In this document: piece after piece, positions 1 through 12,129 of the stretch | Layout of the letters: the number at the start of each line of letters is the position of its first letter | Numbering within the stretch: position 1 is the stretch's first letter | Assembly (NCBI GenBank): GCA_044892525.1 | Contig: CM097885.1 | Coordinates: forward strand, 82,770,001 to 82,834,000 | Direction of reading: 5' to 3' | DNA: 64,000 nucleotides | Source of the DNA: Schmidtea polychroa | Taxonomy: Eukaryota | Position numbers and translations under genes: made by a program | The notes under the pieces: generated by a model | Told to the model about the DNA's origin: nothing | The model's database searches: none | The model's input: the letters and a program-made list of their open reading frames with translations, nothing else

Positions 1-2024
1 CAGGAATACACAAAAACATAATCGTAATTTTAACATTAAATAAATCAATTAATTTAATTAAATATTTTTGTTTTAATTTACATACAATTCTTTCTATTTT
101 GCTAATTGTAACTTGCGGTGAATTAAATTTATAAGTGAATCTTTTTACTTTATCTTTAATTAAATGTATAATTAATTAAATAAAATTATCGGAGAAGCGA
201 ATCTAAATGACTATTGTACGTTTTGCTAAAAAGTATTTTTTGTTGTACAAAAGTATGAGTAATATTTCGGTATTTTGGTATATAAACTTGATAACATGGT
301 CGGCAACAGAGATCCTGGGGTCCGTGAAAAAAGATTATGACGGGCCACCATTAAAAAATACGAAATTTAAAATAGAACATAAAACAAATATATTTCATTT
401 CATTTAAGACCAACAAAATATAAAATAAAACAATGTAAAAAGTATTTATTAACTATTTATACCTTATTATAATACTTTTTAATATAATATTATAAAATTA
501 CTGTCTCTTGTCAATTATTGGACGTAAGATTAGTAGTTTAAACACACCCGTACATGTTCAGGTGGTCCCCCTCCCCCCGCACCAGTCTGNNNNNNNNNNN
601 NNNNNNNNNNNNNNNNNNNNNNNNNNNNNNNNNNNNNNNNNNNNNNNNNNNNNNNNNNNNNNNNNNNNNNNNNNNNNNNNNNNNNNNNNNNNNNNNNNNN
701 NNNNNNNNNNNNNNNNNNNNNNNNNNNNNNNNNNNNNNNNNNNNNNNNNNNNNNNNNNNNNNNNNNNNNNNNNNNNNNNNNNNNNNNNNNNNNNNNNNNN
801 NNNNNNNNNNNNNNNNNNNNNNNNNNNNNNNNNNNNNNNNNNNNNNNNNNNNNTTTCAATCTCAAGACGAGTTTGTCTTAAACTTTGTGTAGTGCCTGTG
901 CAATACGGAATATTTAATTTATTTATCAATATTTCAGAAATAAAGTTTGTTTAAATAACTGAAAATATAGAAATATTCAACTTTTAGAAATGCAAAACAA
1001 GAAGCAGAAGCAGAAGAAGAAAAGAAGAAAAAGAAGCATCTTGAATCTTGTTATGAATAAAATATTAATTCTGCATTGTATTCTTAAATAATATTTTTCG
1101 AACTTTTTGAGTATGTAAATAATTTTTCATAAAAAAAATATAATCTAATAATTAAGTTAAAATCAAAAAAAAAATATTTTATCTAATCCACAATTGATCT
1201 ATTTTCATTTTCATTTTTCATTATCCTAATTACTGTTCAGAATATTGATAAATAAAAAAAGAAATGTACGGAATTCGAATCTGGAAAACCGACCTGGAGA
1301 GGAGCCCGTATCAGTAAACAACGTCATATATGAATTTGTAGAAAAATGGATATGACACAGATTAAATCAGTATAAGAATTAATAATGGAGGCTAGAATTT
1401 GGTAAATGGGGTTCAGAAATGGGAACAGTATAGTTAGGACAAATGAAAAACACAATATGTTCACAAACAGAAAATGAGTTAATTAATTATTTAATTAATT
1501 AATTCAACGACATTATAACGAACTGGAATTGGATCCAAGAAATTATAATGTTTAAAAAAAATTTATTGTTTAAATACGCCATGTGAAAGTTTTTATAAAT
1601 ATTTATTTCAATTATTTATAGCACAGCAATGTTTGGAATTATGCGAAAATTAATTGAAATAATTTTTGTATAAAATAAAATATTTAAACAAGAATTAATA
1701 TTTTTAAACAATGAAAAGTTGTAAATGACATAATGTCAAAAATATTGGATGTTCAATAAATGTTCAAGATTGTTCAATTAATAAAATTTATAATCTTTAG
1801 GTTTAAAATTTACAAAAAAATCAAATAAAATTTATTTGATTTTTTTGTATATGTAATATATGTAAAAATTTTACTTTAGTATTTTTTAATAATATTAATT
1901 TTTTAAAAAATTCTGAAATGTACATTTATTAAAGGAAAGAAAATTTATTTATCTGACTGACAAAAATGATTTGTAAATTCACAGTTTGAATGGAGATTTC
2001 CAGAATAGATAATAATAATAATTA

Positions 2025-2065
<41 letters not shown>

Positions 2066-2196
2066 ATCATTTTTTTGAAACTCGATCTTACTTTTTAAGC
2101 GGATAATATATATATATTTTTTATAATTATAAGAGAAACATTATTTCCCTAGCATCAAAAATGAAAAATACTACACACGAAATATAATCAGCATAC

Positions 2197-2354
2197 CTTG
2201 TCACGTATCCCTTGACGCATATTTTCTCTTTCTTCTTCCATTTTGCGATGTTTATCTAATCTTCTTTCCTCATTTTCTCTAATTGCTGCCTCGATTTCCG
2301 GGTCAATTTCATTCTTGTTATCATTACTGTTGTCACCTTTATCTCCCAACGCGC
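2197..2354 (-). CDS. CPLX: Complexin, coding exon 2
   Basis: Translates (G)ALGDKGDNSNDNKNEIDPEIEAAIRENEERRLDKHRKMEEERENMRQGIRDK, the complexin accessory/central helix. Acceptor ttctatttag| at 2355 (phase 1) and donor |gtatgc at 2196 (phase 0, after RDK). Confidence 0.93.
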
Positions 2355-2599
2355 CTAAATAGAATAACATGAAATATTTGATTTTATAATTAGCCCACAT
2401 CGCCCACAAAGAATTTTCCCTAATCACTTTAATTATTTCCAATCTTTCCAATGGCAGTGGAAAAATTCTTTTTCAGAATTTCTTTTATGTAATAATTTTT
2501 TTTTTATTTCTTCAGGTCAATCAAATCTGTTACGGATCGTGAGTTACCAAATTGGCAGATTTAATTATCATATTATAAACTCCATTTTTTTAAAATATA

Positions 2600-3143
2600 C
2601 GTTGCAATATATTTCGATGGTTCAATTTTCAGTATGTTTCATATCTGTAGGATAACTGTAGATAATGCCTCTTTGGCATAATATAACCTACCAGAAGTTG
2701 GAAGACGTATATTTTGGCAAATATAGACCAATTTAGTAAATATATTTCTTTATGTGCAGTTTCTGAGCAAGATGAAAAGACAGTTGCAACAATAATTAAC
2801 GTAAAATGGATTTATTTTTTGAAATTTGGTGCTCCAAAGAGTATTCATTGTGATAGAGGAAAATCATTTGAGCCAGCTTGATTAAAAGCATTTGCAGAAA
2901 TACATGGTAATAATTTAGTATTCTAGTCCGTATCATCATTCAGCTAATAGACAAATTGAACGTCAATTTAGAACTATCAGAGATGCCATACAGATTTCCT
3001 TAAAAGAAGAACAGGGAAAGAATTGGTCAAGATGTTTTTTGAAGTTGAATTTAAATTGATAGCAACAATTCAGAAAACTACTCTGCAGAAAAAAACTTTA
3101 CAAATTATTTTTCGGAATAAGATTACCAGAGAACGGTATGAAA
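2600..3143 (+). mobile_element. Ty3/Gypsy integrase relic
   Basis: IDQFSKYISLCAVSEQDEKTVAT...KFGAPKSIHCDRGKSFE...PYHHSANRQIERQFRTIRDAI is an rve core with frameshifts; truncated by a gap. Same family as the relic near 13.7 kb. Confidence 0.8.
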
Positions 3144-4289
3144 NNNNNNNNNNNNNNNNNNNNNNNNNNNNNNNNNNNNNNNNNNNNNNNNNNNNNNNNN
3201 NNNNNNNNNNNNNNNNNNNNNNNNNNNNNNNNNNNNNNNNNNNNNNNNNNNNNNNNNNNNNNNNNNNNNNNNNNNNNNNNNNNNNNNNNNNNNNNNNNNN
3301 NNNNNNNNNNNNNNNNNNNNNNNNNNNNNNNNNNNNNNNNNNNNNNNNNNNNNNNNNNNNNNNNNNNNNNNNNNNNNNNNNNNNNNTAATCTATCATTAG
3401 ATAGATCTTACACTAGACTTTAAGATGAGCTATCGATGGGAATACTAACTTGTAGCATGTGTGGACACTAATAATATTTTTTATACATTGTGTGTAATAA
3501 TATGTTAAAGTTTTAGCAGTACCTTTGTGACCATTACTCTTAGGGGGTCAGAATATCTTGTCGGATAAATTCGGAGTAAAAAATAATAATAATAATAATA
3601 ACATCTTTCGCGCGTGCGTTAATATCTTTCCCAATAATAATGATAAGTTAAATTATTACGTAATCGATAATTAAAACAAAAAATATTATAATATAATCAA
3701 TGATTTAAACAAAATCAAATTATTACATAATCGATAATTAAAACATTGGCTCGAAAATGTTACTAAAAATAGATTTAAAATGTTGCTAAAAATAGGTGTC
3801 TTTATTACTAAAAATAAAGTGACATTGATGAGTCATCGTATGAGTCATTGTTCTAACAATATGATTAGTCATCGTTCTATAAATATGATGAGACATTGGG
3901 TGAGTCATTGTTCTAAAAATATGATGAGTCATCGTATGATAGGAATCGATAACTCATCTTAAAGGTCTTGCACTGAGCTTTAAGATGAGCTATCCATCAA
4001 TATAACCTGTTGGCGGGAACATTAATTTTTGGGATGAAAAAAAGTGGGAGCCCTCTGGACCAATTAATTTAAAAAAAAAGAAATGACCTTGACCTTGACC
4101 TTGAACTTTATTAAAAATTTGACCTTGACCTTTTATTTAAAAAAATTTTTCCCGGGGGTAGGGGGTGGGGGGGTATGTGATCTAGCGGAGTCCTGGTCAG
4201 GATGGCCCCAATCCACCTACTCCGGGATTTACATACTTTATAAATTTTATCAATTAGTATAAACATTTTAATTTTCTTTTAAAATATTG

Positions 4290-4751
4290 TATGTTACAGT
4301 GAATTTGTATTACCAGTGAGAATATATTTTCACTAACTTTTCAGTGAATTCATATCCGAATACGTTTTTCCTTGAGAGTATAAAAATGTTTAGTATTAGA
4401 TGAAGACAGATCGTCGATAATCCGTGGACGAAAGGAGCAAGGTCGTTGTTATTCAAAATAGAGAGGTTAGTGTCGATGATTGAGAAGTTAAGTCGTGATG
4501 AGAAGCGAATTCAAGTCTGGCCGCGAGAGGGACGTGACGAAGCGAATAAAATTGACAGTTGGTAGGGCGACACATCGACACTTAAGGCCAAATATTTCCA
4601 CGCGGCTTGTCAATGAATACAAACTCACTAAATGTAACCAGTGAATTTGTATCTTCATTGTTAGATATACATTCACTGACCGGCTTCGCGAAAATATATT
4701 TTCACCAGTGAAAATATATTCTCACTGGTAATACAAATTCACTGTAACATA
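4290..4751. mobile_element. MITE-like element with a 45-bp perfect terminal inverted repeat
   Basis: tatgttacagtgaatttgtattaccagtgagaatatattttcact at 4290-4334 is the exact reverse complement of 4707-4751; no recognisable coding interior. Confidence 0.75.
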
Positions 4752-5014
4752 TATACATATAAACTCTTAAATTTCTATCGACAAATTAGCTATGACTATT
4801 TCTGTTTGACTGCTAAAGCAATTAAAATGGCAGAAATTTTATATTCCAGCAATAATTTTGAAAATATTAATATTTTTAGTATGCCTGCGAATTTAAGATT
4901 AACAAGTAACATATTGAATTGCAATTCTTTCACGTTAACTGCACTAAATGAGCTTTCATTTAATATTTTATGACATTCCTTGGATCTTTGTCTCACCAAC
5001 CATCAGAACATTAA

Positions 5015-5239
5015 CCTCTTAAGTGGCTATGACGGATATATACGTCATCAACATATGCATTACAAAACGCATAAGACGAATAAAAATATAGCATAAATAT
5101 TACTTTTGTTAACATATTATCTTAATAAATATCATCCAATAAGATATTATTTTATTTCAGGCGTATATATACGCTAGCGTATAACAAAACTCGCCGCTGA
5201 GGAGCGCATTTCGTATGACGAAATAAACCACATAAGAGG
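5015..5239. mobile_element. piggyBac-type MITE with TTAA TSD
   Basis: TTAA|CCTCTTAAGTGG ... CCACATAAGAGG|TTAA. An uninterrupted paralogue of the flanking sequence at about 6713-6780 has a single TTAA. Confidence 0.85.
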
Positions 5240-5609
5240 TTAATAGTGGTTATGATAGATTATCCGATCCTATCCAATGTCATCAAAGTCGAGATTGGAT
5301 CTGTAGCCTTATCTAAATGAAAAACTACCTGTTTTCTCCAGCATGGTAAAATCGTTTTAGATCTTGCAACAAGTCTATTGAAATGTGAGTAATAATATGC
5401 AGGGATGTGATGTTCTATTCCACTCGTCAACTTTTTTTAAATTTTGGTAAAGAAAACCTGTGATTCTAAAAGCAATTTGAGGTCTCATTGTGGATATGGA
5501 ACAAAATATTTGCACTTCAATCCGAGTATTCTTTAATTACCTTTTTTGTTATTCTATTTCAATTATATCAAACAAATATTGCTCATGAAGTAAATATGAT
5601 TTTAAAATA

Positions 5610-5993
5610 CTAGCGTAATGCCCGCTGAACAATCAGTGAACCATCTGCGGCTGTGTAAATATACTAATTTTTGAGATTGGTAAATTCTTTCTCATTTGTT
5701 GAAACTATAAAAATAGAAATTTGGACTATAAATAATGATTTGATGAATCTTGTGTAATAAAAACAAAGTCTTAAAATAAAATTATGCAATGAATTCTGTA
5801 AAGTTCGTCTTGATTTAAAAAAATGTAGGGTAAACTCGGCTTTCTGCGTGACACGGCTAAATTCGTGATAACAAAGTAAAAATGCACCAATGAGTTTCAC
5901 ATGCGGTTTTATGTAAATGTGTGTCCGTGAAACTATTAGATTAAACTATTCCGCAGCCAATGGGACGAGCTGGTGTCATTTATATATAATAGA
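5610..5993 (-). mobile_element. Non-autonomous Helitron-like element
   Basis: Minus strand reads A|TCTATTATATATAAATG ... GCGGGCATTACGCTAG|T: 5' TC, 3' CTAG, A/T insertion site, and a weak subterminal hairpin. Confidence 0.6.
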
Positions 5994-7844
5994 TATTAAT
6001 TTGTGTAGCATTTTGGTTGTTTATACAACTTTTTTTGTTACTATAATCCTTTTTTTAAAGTATCCTATATGTTCCGGTATAATAATGCATTAACCTCTGT
6101 ACGTATAACGATTCCCATTTAGAGGTCTTTATAGAACTTTAAGCTCCTCTTTGTGAAAAACAATTTGCAGGTTTTATTTTCAGCTTTCTATATATTTTTG
6201 GTTTCGAAATATATTTAGCTTGTCATCGAAAAAGACGAAATATTTATTGAATGACTGTGAATAATATTCCTCATTCAATTGTTAACTCATGCTAGCTAAA
6301 ATATTCTCAAAAATATTAAAAATAATTAATAAAAACAAATGGAAATTGTACAAAATATAATTTGTTTAAATGATATTGAGTGTGTGTTAGAAATAAAATT
6401 TTGTATTTTTAAAGACTGCTACAAAATAAACCTCATCAAAATTTCAAACAACATCACAAAAGAAAGCATTTACATTTAATCTTTCAACATACTTAAAGGA
6501 AGAACGTAATTTTTCTGTAGAAATATCAAACAGATTTTAACGAATTGCCGGAAACAAATGTACAAATGCTCGAGATAGGAAAGAACCAGTCAAACATAAA
6601 TCGTATTGAGAGAGTTCTAAAATTGGTCGTACATTTCATAAATGATGTACCATAAGGACGTTTTAAACCGTTCCGATCAAAATGTCATTGAGATTGGACC
6701 CAGTCTGACGAACCATCAGAACATTAATAGTGGATATGATAGATTACCCGATCCTATCCAATGTCATCAAAGTCCAGATTATTCAACATGATTGCAGTAT
6801 AAAGTAGGTCATATTAAACAAAATAAAAAAAGCTTCAAAAAAATATTTATTAATGGGAAATATCAATGCTTACACTTACTTTTCAAAAGACTAAGAGGTT
6901 TTATCTCTTTCAATCCACTTCCTATTTTCTCAACAACATGAATTTACATTAGTTTATTTTTGTTGTTCAATGAATTTCTAAGCATTTTCTAAAATTGACC
7001 CCTTCCACTATTCATTATTTATTCATGCTCACTACTTACATTTTCATTAGGATTATTGAGTGACTTATTCTAGTTCTCCCTAGTTCTCTCCCATAACCCC
7101 CGAATTGTCTTCCCACTAAAACAAAACTCACTTTTTGCTTTGTTTTATTCATGGGATTTTAAAATTTCTCGATAAAATTATGCATCATTGAATCAAATTA
7201 ATCCGAAAGTCGAATAATCGAGAGTATACTGTGTATAATTTGTAGGATGTGTACCTTTTGTACTTACTTACCAATCAACAATAAGATCTTTGAAAGATTT
7301 TGGCAAATGATATAATATTCATATGAATAATACTGTTCTATTCGTTTTCAAGTCTGGCGAAAGCTTTTATGATTTATAAAGATTAGCGTTGATCACATAG
7401 CCGAGACGTTCATCAATCAAATCCCAGACTCGTTGGGAATTTTATTTCTTTTATTGCGGAATAAAATGAAAACTTTTGTTTTTTTCTAAAAATTTTATCC
7501 GATAAAATAAAGCCCAACCAACTTTGGAATATTTATTGTTTATAGGATGTAAATATTTATTTTTCCTTTTTAATAGGAGCATAAATAATAAATAGGGTTG
7601 AAATTTTATTCTTTTTTCACGTATTAAAAAATAATTTTTAAAATAATTTGTTAGAAATAAAAAAAAATACCGACTAAATAGAAAATGTTTTAGTTTTTTA
7701 TATTGAAATTTTCAACATATAAGAAACAAAATATTTTTCTCAATTTGATCACCAAATTCTTCATTGACCCTAGGATTTCCCAGCTCATTCTTTCAGTGTC
7801 AAATGACATATTTAAAGGCTGCTATCTAATGGGCCAGTATTTAA

Positions 7845-8078
7845 CCCAAATGTTGCCACCGTCCTTTTAAAAGAACGCTCCTTATATATTTTTTTATTTT
7901 GCATACGCTAGTTATTTAGAGATATCTATAATAAGAATGTGTTTAGCACATCACAATTACAAGTCTTGACCAGTTAACTTCTTTGTTTATTCTTGATTTT
8001 GTATACACTGCGGTATTTAGTTCTATGATAGTGCAAGAATAAAATTTTTTGAATAAAATAGTTTTGGCAACATCTGGG
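7845..8078. mobile_element. piggyBac-type MITE with TTAA TSD
   Basis: TTAA|CCCAAATGTTGCCA ... TGGCAACATCTGGG|TTAA (13/14 TIR match). Confidence 0.75.
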
Positions 8079-8792
8079 TTAAATGTCAGCATTTATAACG
8101 CAGACTTTTATAAAAGCAAACAGCATTTAAATTAAAATATTCATAGACAAAATAATTGGTCAGTATTTCAAATGAATGGTCAGTAATTAAAATTAAGTAT
8201 CAGTATGTAATAACCGATATATCAGTATTTTTATTTAATAAACCAAAATAAGAGTTATAAAGAAACCCAAAAAGTGGAAAATACGCTTGTAATTTTTTTC
8301 TACTCTTTTCATCATTCGACCTTCTACATTAATGGGCGTAAAATATCCTATAACCTTCTACCTTACGGTCATTTATCTCATTCAGTTTTCCTCTAAATGA
8401 AAAATAATGCTACAGTTTGTCTGATTCAAATAAGTTATTTGTAAAATTAATTATAACAAATTATAGAAATGCATTGTAAAATTAAAACTATAATGAACAA
8501 ATATGTAAATTTTACTGGTTTTAAATAATTAATACTGACCAAAATATTATTTTATATTGATAATTTATTAAATAAAATACGAGTCGTTATTATAAAAAAA
8601 CTGACAAAATAAATAGAAGTAAAATTTAAATCTCGATGATAAAAGATATAATTAATTAATTATTTAAAAATAATTTAAAAATTTTAAACATTGTCATTTA
8701 TCAACAAACATAGATATAGTTATAAATTATAATTATAAACCAATATTATATAATTTTTTTAATTCAAGATGAATTTTTAATGAAAAATTCCA

Positions 8793-8857
<65 letters not shown>

Positions 8858-8867
8858 TATTATTATT
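8793..8867. repeat. (ATT)n microsatellite
   Basis: Read directly. A second tract at 9202-9273 brackets the hammerhead-containing segment; other tracts near 2010-2065, 39610-39657 and 47060-47120. Confidence 0.95.
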
Positions 8868-8913
8868 AATATTATAAACAGCACAAGTTTTGTGATATCC
8901 AGTGCAAATCCCA

Positions 8914-8955
8914 ATAGTAGACTAGTTTCGAGCTTTTGGCTCTCATCAGTACTAT
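8914..8955 (-). ncRNA. Minimal type I hammerhead ribozyme (Penelope-like-element type)
   Basis: Minus strand: AUAGUA-CUGAUGA-GAGC-CAAAA-GCUC-GAAA-CUAG-UC-UACUAU. Intact catalytic core, 4-bp helix II, 6-bp helix I, palindromic minimal helix III (ACUAGU), GUC cleavage triplet. Confidence 0.88.
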
Positions 8956-9201
8956 GCAGGAGACGCGAAGATTTCTCTTTGCACCAGGTAAGTATACAAT
9001 ATTGCTTATCCAAATCTTTATTGCATACTTTCCCTGGTACACTGACAATCACATCACTTGTTTATTAGCTTAGTCACAGAAAATCTGCAAACTTGTAAAC
9101 ATGGTGTATGAAAAATCATATCACTTCTGTGGACTAAATATTTAGTTGATACACAGAAACTGTTTACAAGTGCATCCGATTACCTTTAGCATTTTTTTAA
9201 A

Positions 9202-9273
<72 letters not shown>

Positions 9274-9291
9274 GTATTTTTAAAAAAATTG

Positions 9292-9419
9292 ACTATGAAT
9301 CAGTAAATAAATCAAAGTGCTTTTGATATTCACGAATTTTCGGCACTGGCTTTTTCAAGTGATTGTGCCGAAAATTCGTGAATATGATAAAAACATTGAT
9401 ATCTTTACTGATTCATAGT
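9292..9419. repeat. Foldback (palindromic) dispersed repeat
   Basis: actatgaatcagtaaa/tttactgattcatagt and atattcacgaattttcggcac/gtgccgaaaattcgtgaatat form nested inverted arms. Partial relatives at about 12630-12770, 24010-24055 and 28150-28230. Confidence 0.7.
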
Positions 9420-9757
9420 AAAGATTTTAATAAATATAGTGTCAATTGAAAAGAAATCAGAATTGACAATCGAAAGAAATTCTTATAATATTAATATTAT
9501 TATTTTTAATAATTTGAAGCAAATTTTTTGCATTTAATGCACCACCACGAACTGTTCAATCACCATTCAACTTCCTTGTTTGATAAAGCTACTGGTTCTG
9601 ATAACCCTTAGAAGAATTTCAAGGATCAGAAATCACTACGAAATGTTAACCATTTTAAGTCTTTAATTTGCTTTTATCAAAATTTTTGTTTATATTTATC
9701 CCAAGTAAAAAAATTATTATATATAATAATTAATTTAATTAATTAATATTCACAAAC

Positions 9758-9812
9758 CTTTGACTGAATCCAATTGTTTGCCGACCAAATGCTTTGCAAT
9801 AAATGTAGCCAT
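9758..9812 (-). CDS. CPLX: Complexin, coding exon 1
   Basis: MATFIAKHLVGKQLDSVK(G) matches the complexin N-terminus. Donor g|gtttgt is phase 1, compatible with the exon at 2354; intron about 7.4 kb. Confidence 0.92.
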
Positions 9813-10894
9813 CGAAAGGAGTCTGAACCAATTTGTGAGGAACAGATGAAAATGGAAATAAACCACAAAATTATCTGAGATAAAAGATCGAGAATGCAAG
9901 AAATCAACAACAACAACAACAACAACTGGCAATTAAATAAAAAACAAATTATAATGAGTCCAAACACGAGAAATCCGAATTAAATATATTTCTAGATGTA
10001 GCAAGCTGAAATTGTATTCGTTAAATATACACGCATTTTCTCTTTTCTTATCGTCAGAGGAAGACGTCAATTCACTGGCTCAGTTGTCTATAAATGTATT
10101 AATTTACTTGCGACTCGCAAAGGCAGAGGGAAACAAACTCTTAGAGAAACCACGACTCCATGCAAGCCAGGGAGACCAATGAAAACCATATACTACATAT
10201 ACAAGTTTCTATAGGAGTCGGTAAAACGGAATTTCTGTCAGGTAGATTCATACATTCGTTTGAACTGTTGCCAGGTCGTTTTGTTACTTTCATTTGCGTT
10301 TCATTACCATCATGTCGTTTGCTCCCCAGGAATTGGTTTGGTTATATTTCTCTATGGGTTTGTTTTAATGGTCTATTAAATCGAAAACGATAAATAACTC
10401 TAGCCGGATTCTCGTTTGGAGTTTCAAATCATCAGTTTATGTTGCACGGTTATTTGGTTAATAATTTAGTGAAAAAAACCCAATAAACACTTTTTTCCTT
10501 TAGGGAAATATCCGAAAAAAATGTTTAATTTAATTTTTATTTTATTTCCCCTTCAAAAAAAAAGATTAATTTTAATCGCTTTCAGAATATAAATCAAAAA
10601 TATAAATAAATATATTACTTATAGATTTCACACTTTTTTGAAATATATTACTAGATCAAACTCCAACAGCGGCCGACATTTTCCATTGATCCTTTACCCA
10701 TTTCTTTTTTTTACTTTAACGACATTCACCGGCAATTACATGACATCCTTAAGTGAAAATCCCATCCAGGCTGATTCACAGAAAATGTACATTTAGATTT
10801 ATAAAATGTTTTTGTTAAAAATATTTGTTTTCTACGTCTCGATTTGACTAATGGCTATGACAAAATTATTTAAACTCCTTAAAAAATGTTTTAA

Positions 10895-11045
10895 CCCTTT
10901 CATATCCTCATTATTTTCTGAGCACCGTCCATTCCAATCCCAATATAATTGCCCAAAAATAAAAAAAATAAAAAATAAGATTAACGTACTGTAAATAATG
11001 TAAATAAATTTGGTCATCATTTTACATAGAAAGGATAGGAAAGGG
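10895..11045. mobile_element. piggyBac-type MITE with TTAA TSD
   Basis: TTAA|CCCTTTCATATCC ... GGATAGGAAAGGG|TTAA (12/13 TIR match). Confidence 0.75.
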
Positions 11046-11219
11046 TTAAATTAAATCTTTCAATTTATAAAATAATTAAAATTAAAATATAATTATAATT
11101 TATTTGTAAAAATCTATAAAAATATTTACGACCAATAACACTGGTCTACAAAATATTTTTTTGGTTTAGTGTCTATTGGAAAAAACAAAAATTATTAAAA
11201 CACGAAATAATTACATCTG

Positions 11220-12107
11220 GACCTGTAATTTTCATTAACGCTTGATTCAAATTTTGTTGGGGACATTTAATGCACCAATGATGTATATTGCGATTCAAGC
11301 AGTTCGTTCTTTTTATGCTTCAGATCTGCCTCGGGTATCGTTCTGAACTCTAGTGATCCTGTATCTCGCATTATGGTAATTTATGAAAGTTATGTGTTAC
11401 ATCTTGCTATTTGTAGAATTAATTCAGCCGGAAGAGACTTAACTAATTATCTAATGAAAAATATGACAGACAAGGGATACGGTTTTACAACTACCACAAA
11501 AAGAGAAATTGTTCGAAATATTAAAGAAAAATTGTATTACATTGTTCTTGATTTTGAACAAGAAATTTAAATTGCTGGATTTTCAATGTTACTTGAAAAG
11601 AGTTATTAAATACCAGATGATCAAGTAATTACCAATGAATATGAAAGATTCAGATGTCCAGAAGCTTTATACCAGCAATCATTCTTGGAAATGGAAACTA
11701 TGGTATTCATAAGATGACATATAACACCATGATGAAATGCGATATGTATATTCGTTAGGATTTATAAACAGTAAAACCTCTTCAAATCGGAAATTTTGGT
11801 TCGGAAAAAATTTCCGATTTAAGGAGGTTATAAATTATAGTAAAAATTATAATTAAATTGTTTTTTTAATAAAATTATTCATAGTTGTTTGTTTTTTTCT
11901 TGATTCTCGAACTTTAAGATACTCCTTTTCAATATCAGTTTCAATATCCATAACTATAATATACGAAAAGTTTCGAAAAGTTTTTGCGATTCAGAGAGGT
12001 TTTACTATACCAATAAAGCTTATCACGTGATTCGACAATGTATCCTGGTATTGCTGATCGTGTGCAAAAATAAATATCACCTTTGGTTCCTTCAACATCT
12101 ATGAGAA
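11220..12107 (+). pseudogene. Actin pseudogene (5'- and 3'-truncated, interrupted by a MITE)
   Basis: [74 protein letters not shown]; multiple stops and frameshifts. Confidence 0.9.
11769..12007. mobile_element. Tc1/mariner/pogo-type MITE inside the actin pseudogene
   Basis: CAGTAAAACCTCT ... AGAGGTTTTACTA followed by TA; actin homology resumes directly after it. Confidence 0.7.
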
Positions 12108-12129
12108 ATAAATACAGAAGTAATTATAT

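Noticed and set aside
508-954. ORF-track entries spanning N-gaps (also near 3.0-3.4, 20.8-21.1, 25.8-26.1, 31.8-32.0, 36.1-36.4 and 39.9-40.1 kb)
   Set aside because: Open only because N codons are not stops; artefacts.
985-1060. Purine-rich stretch (NAKQEAEAEEEKKKKKHLESCYE*) after a possible acceptor
   Set aside because: On the wrong strand for complexin, low complexity, no partner exon.
1-2196. Complexin terminal exon (YG.KK...)
   Set aside because: No convincing minus-strand match found; probably in the 590-853 gap or outside the window.
6860-7440. Possible Tigger C-terminus/TIR (6860-7232) and hAT fragment VWDLIDERL (7380-7440)
   Set aside because: Too short and decayed to support as features.
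8777-9052. ORFs with poly-Ile/poly-IY/poly-Val runs (also 23508-23757, 46958-47186, 9750-9932 upstream part)
   Set aside because: Translations of microsatellites.
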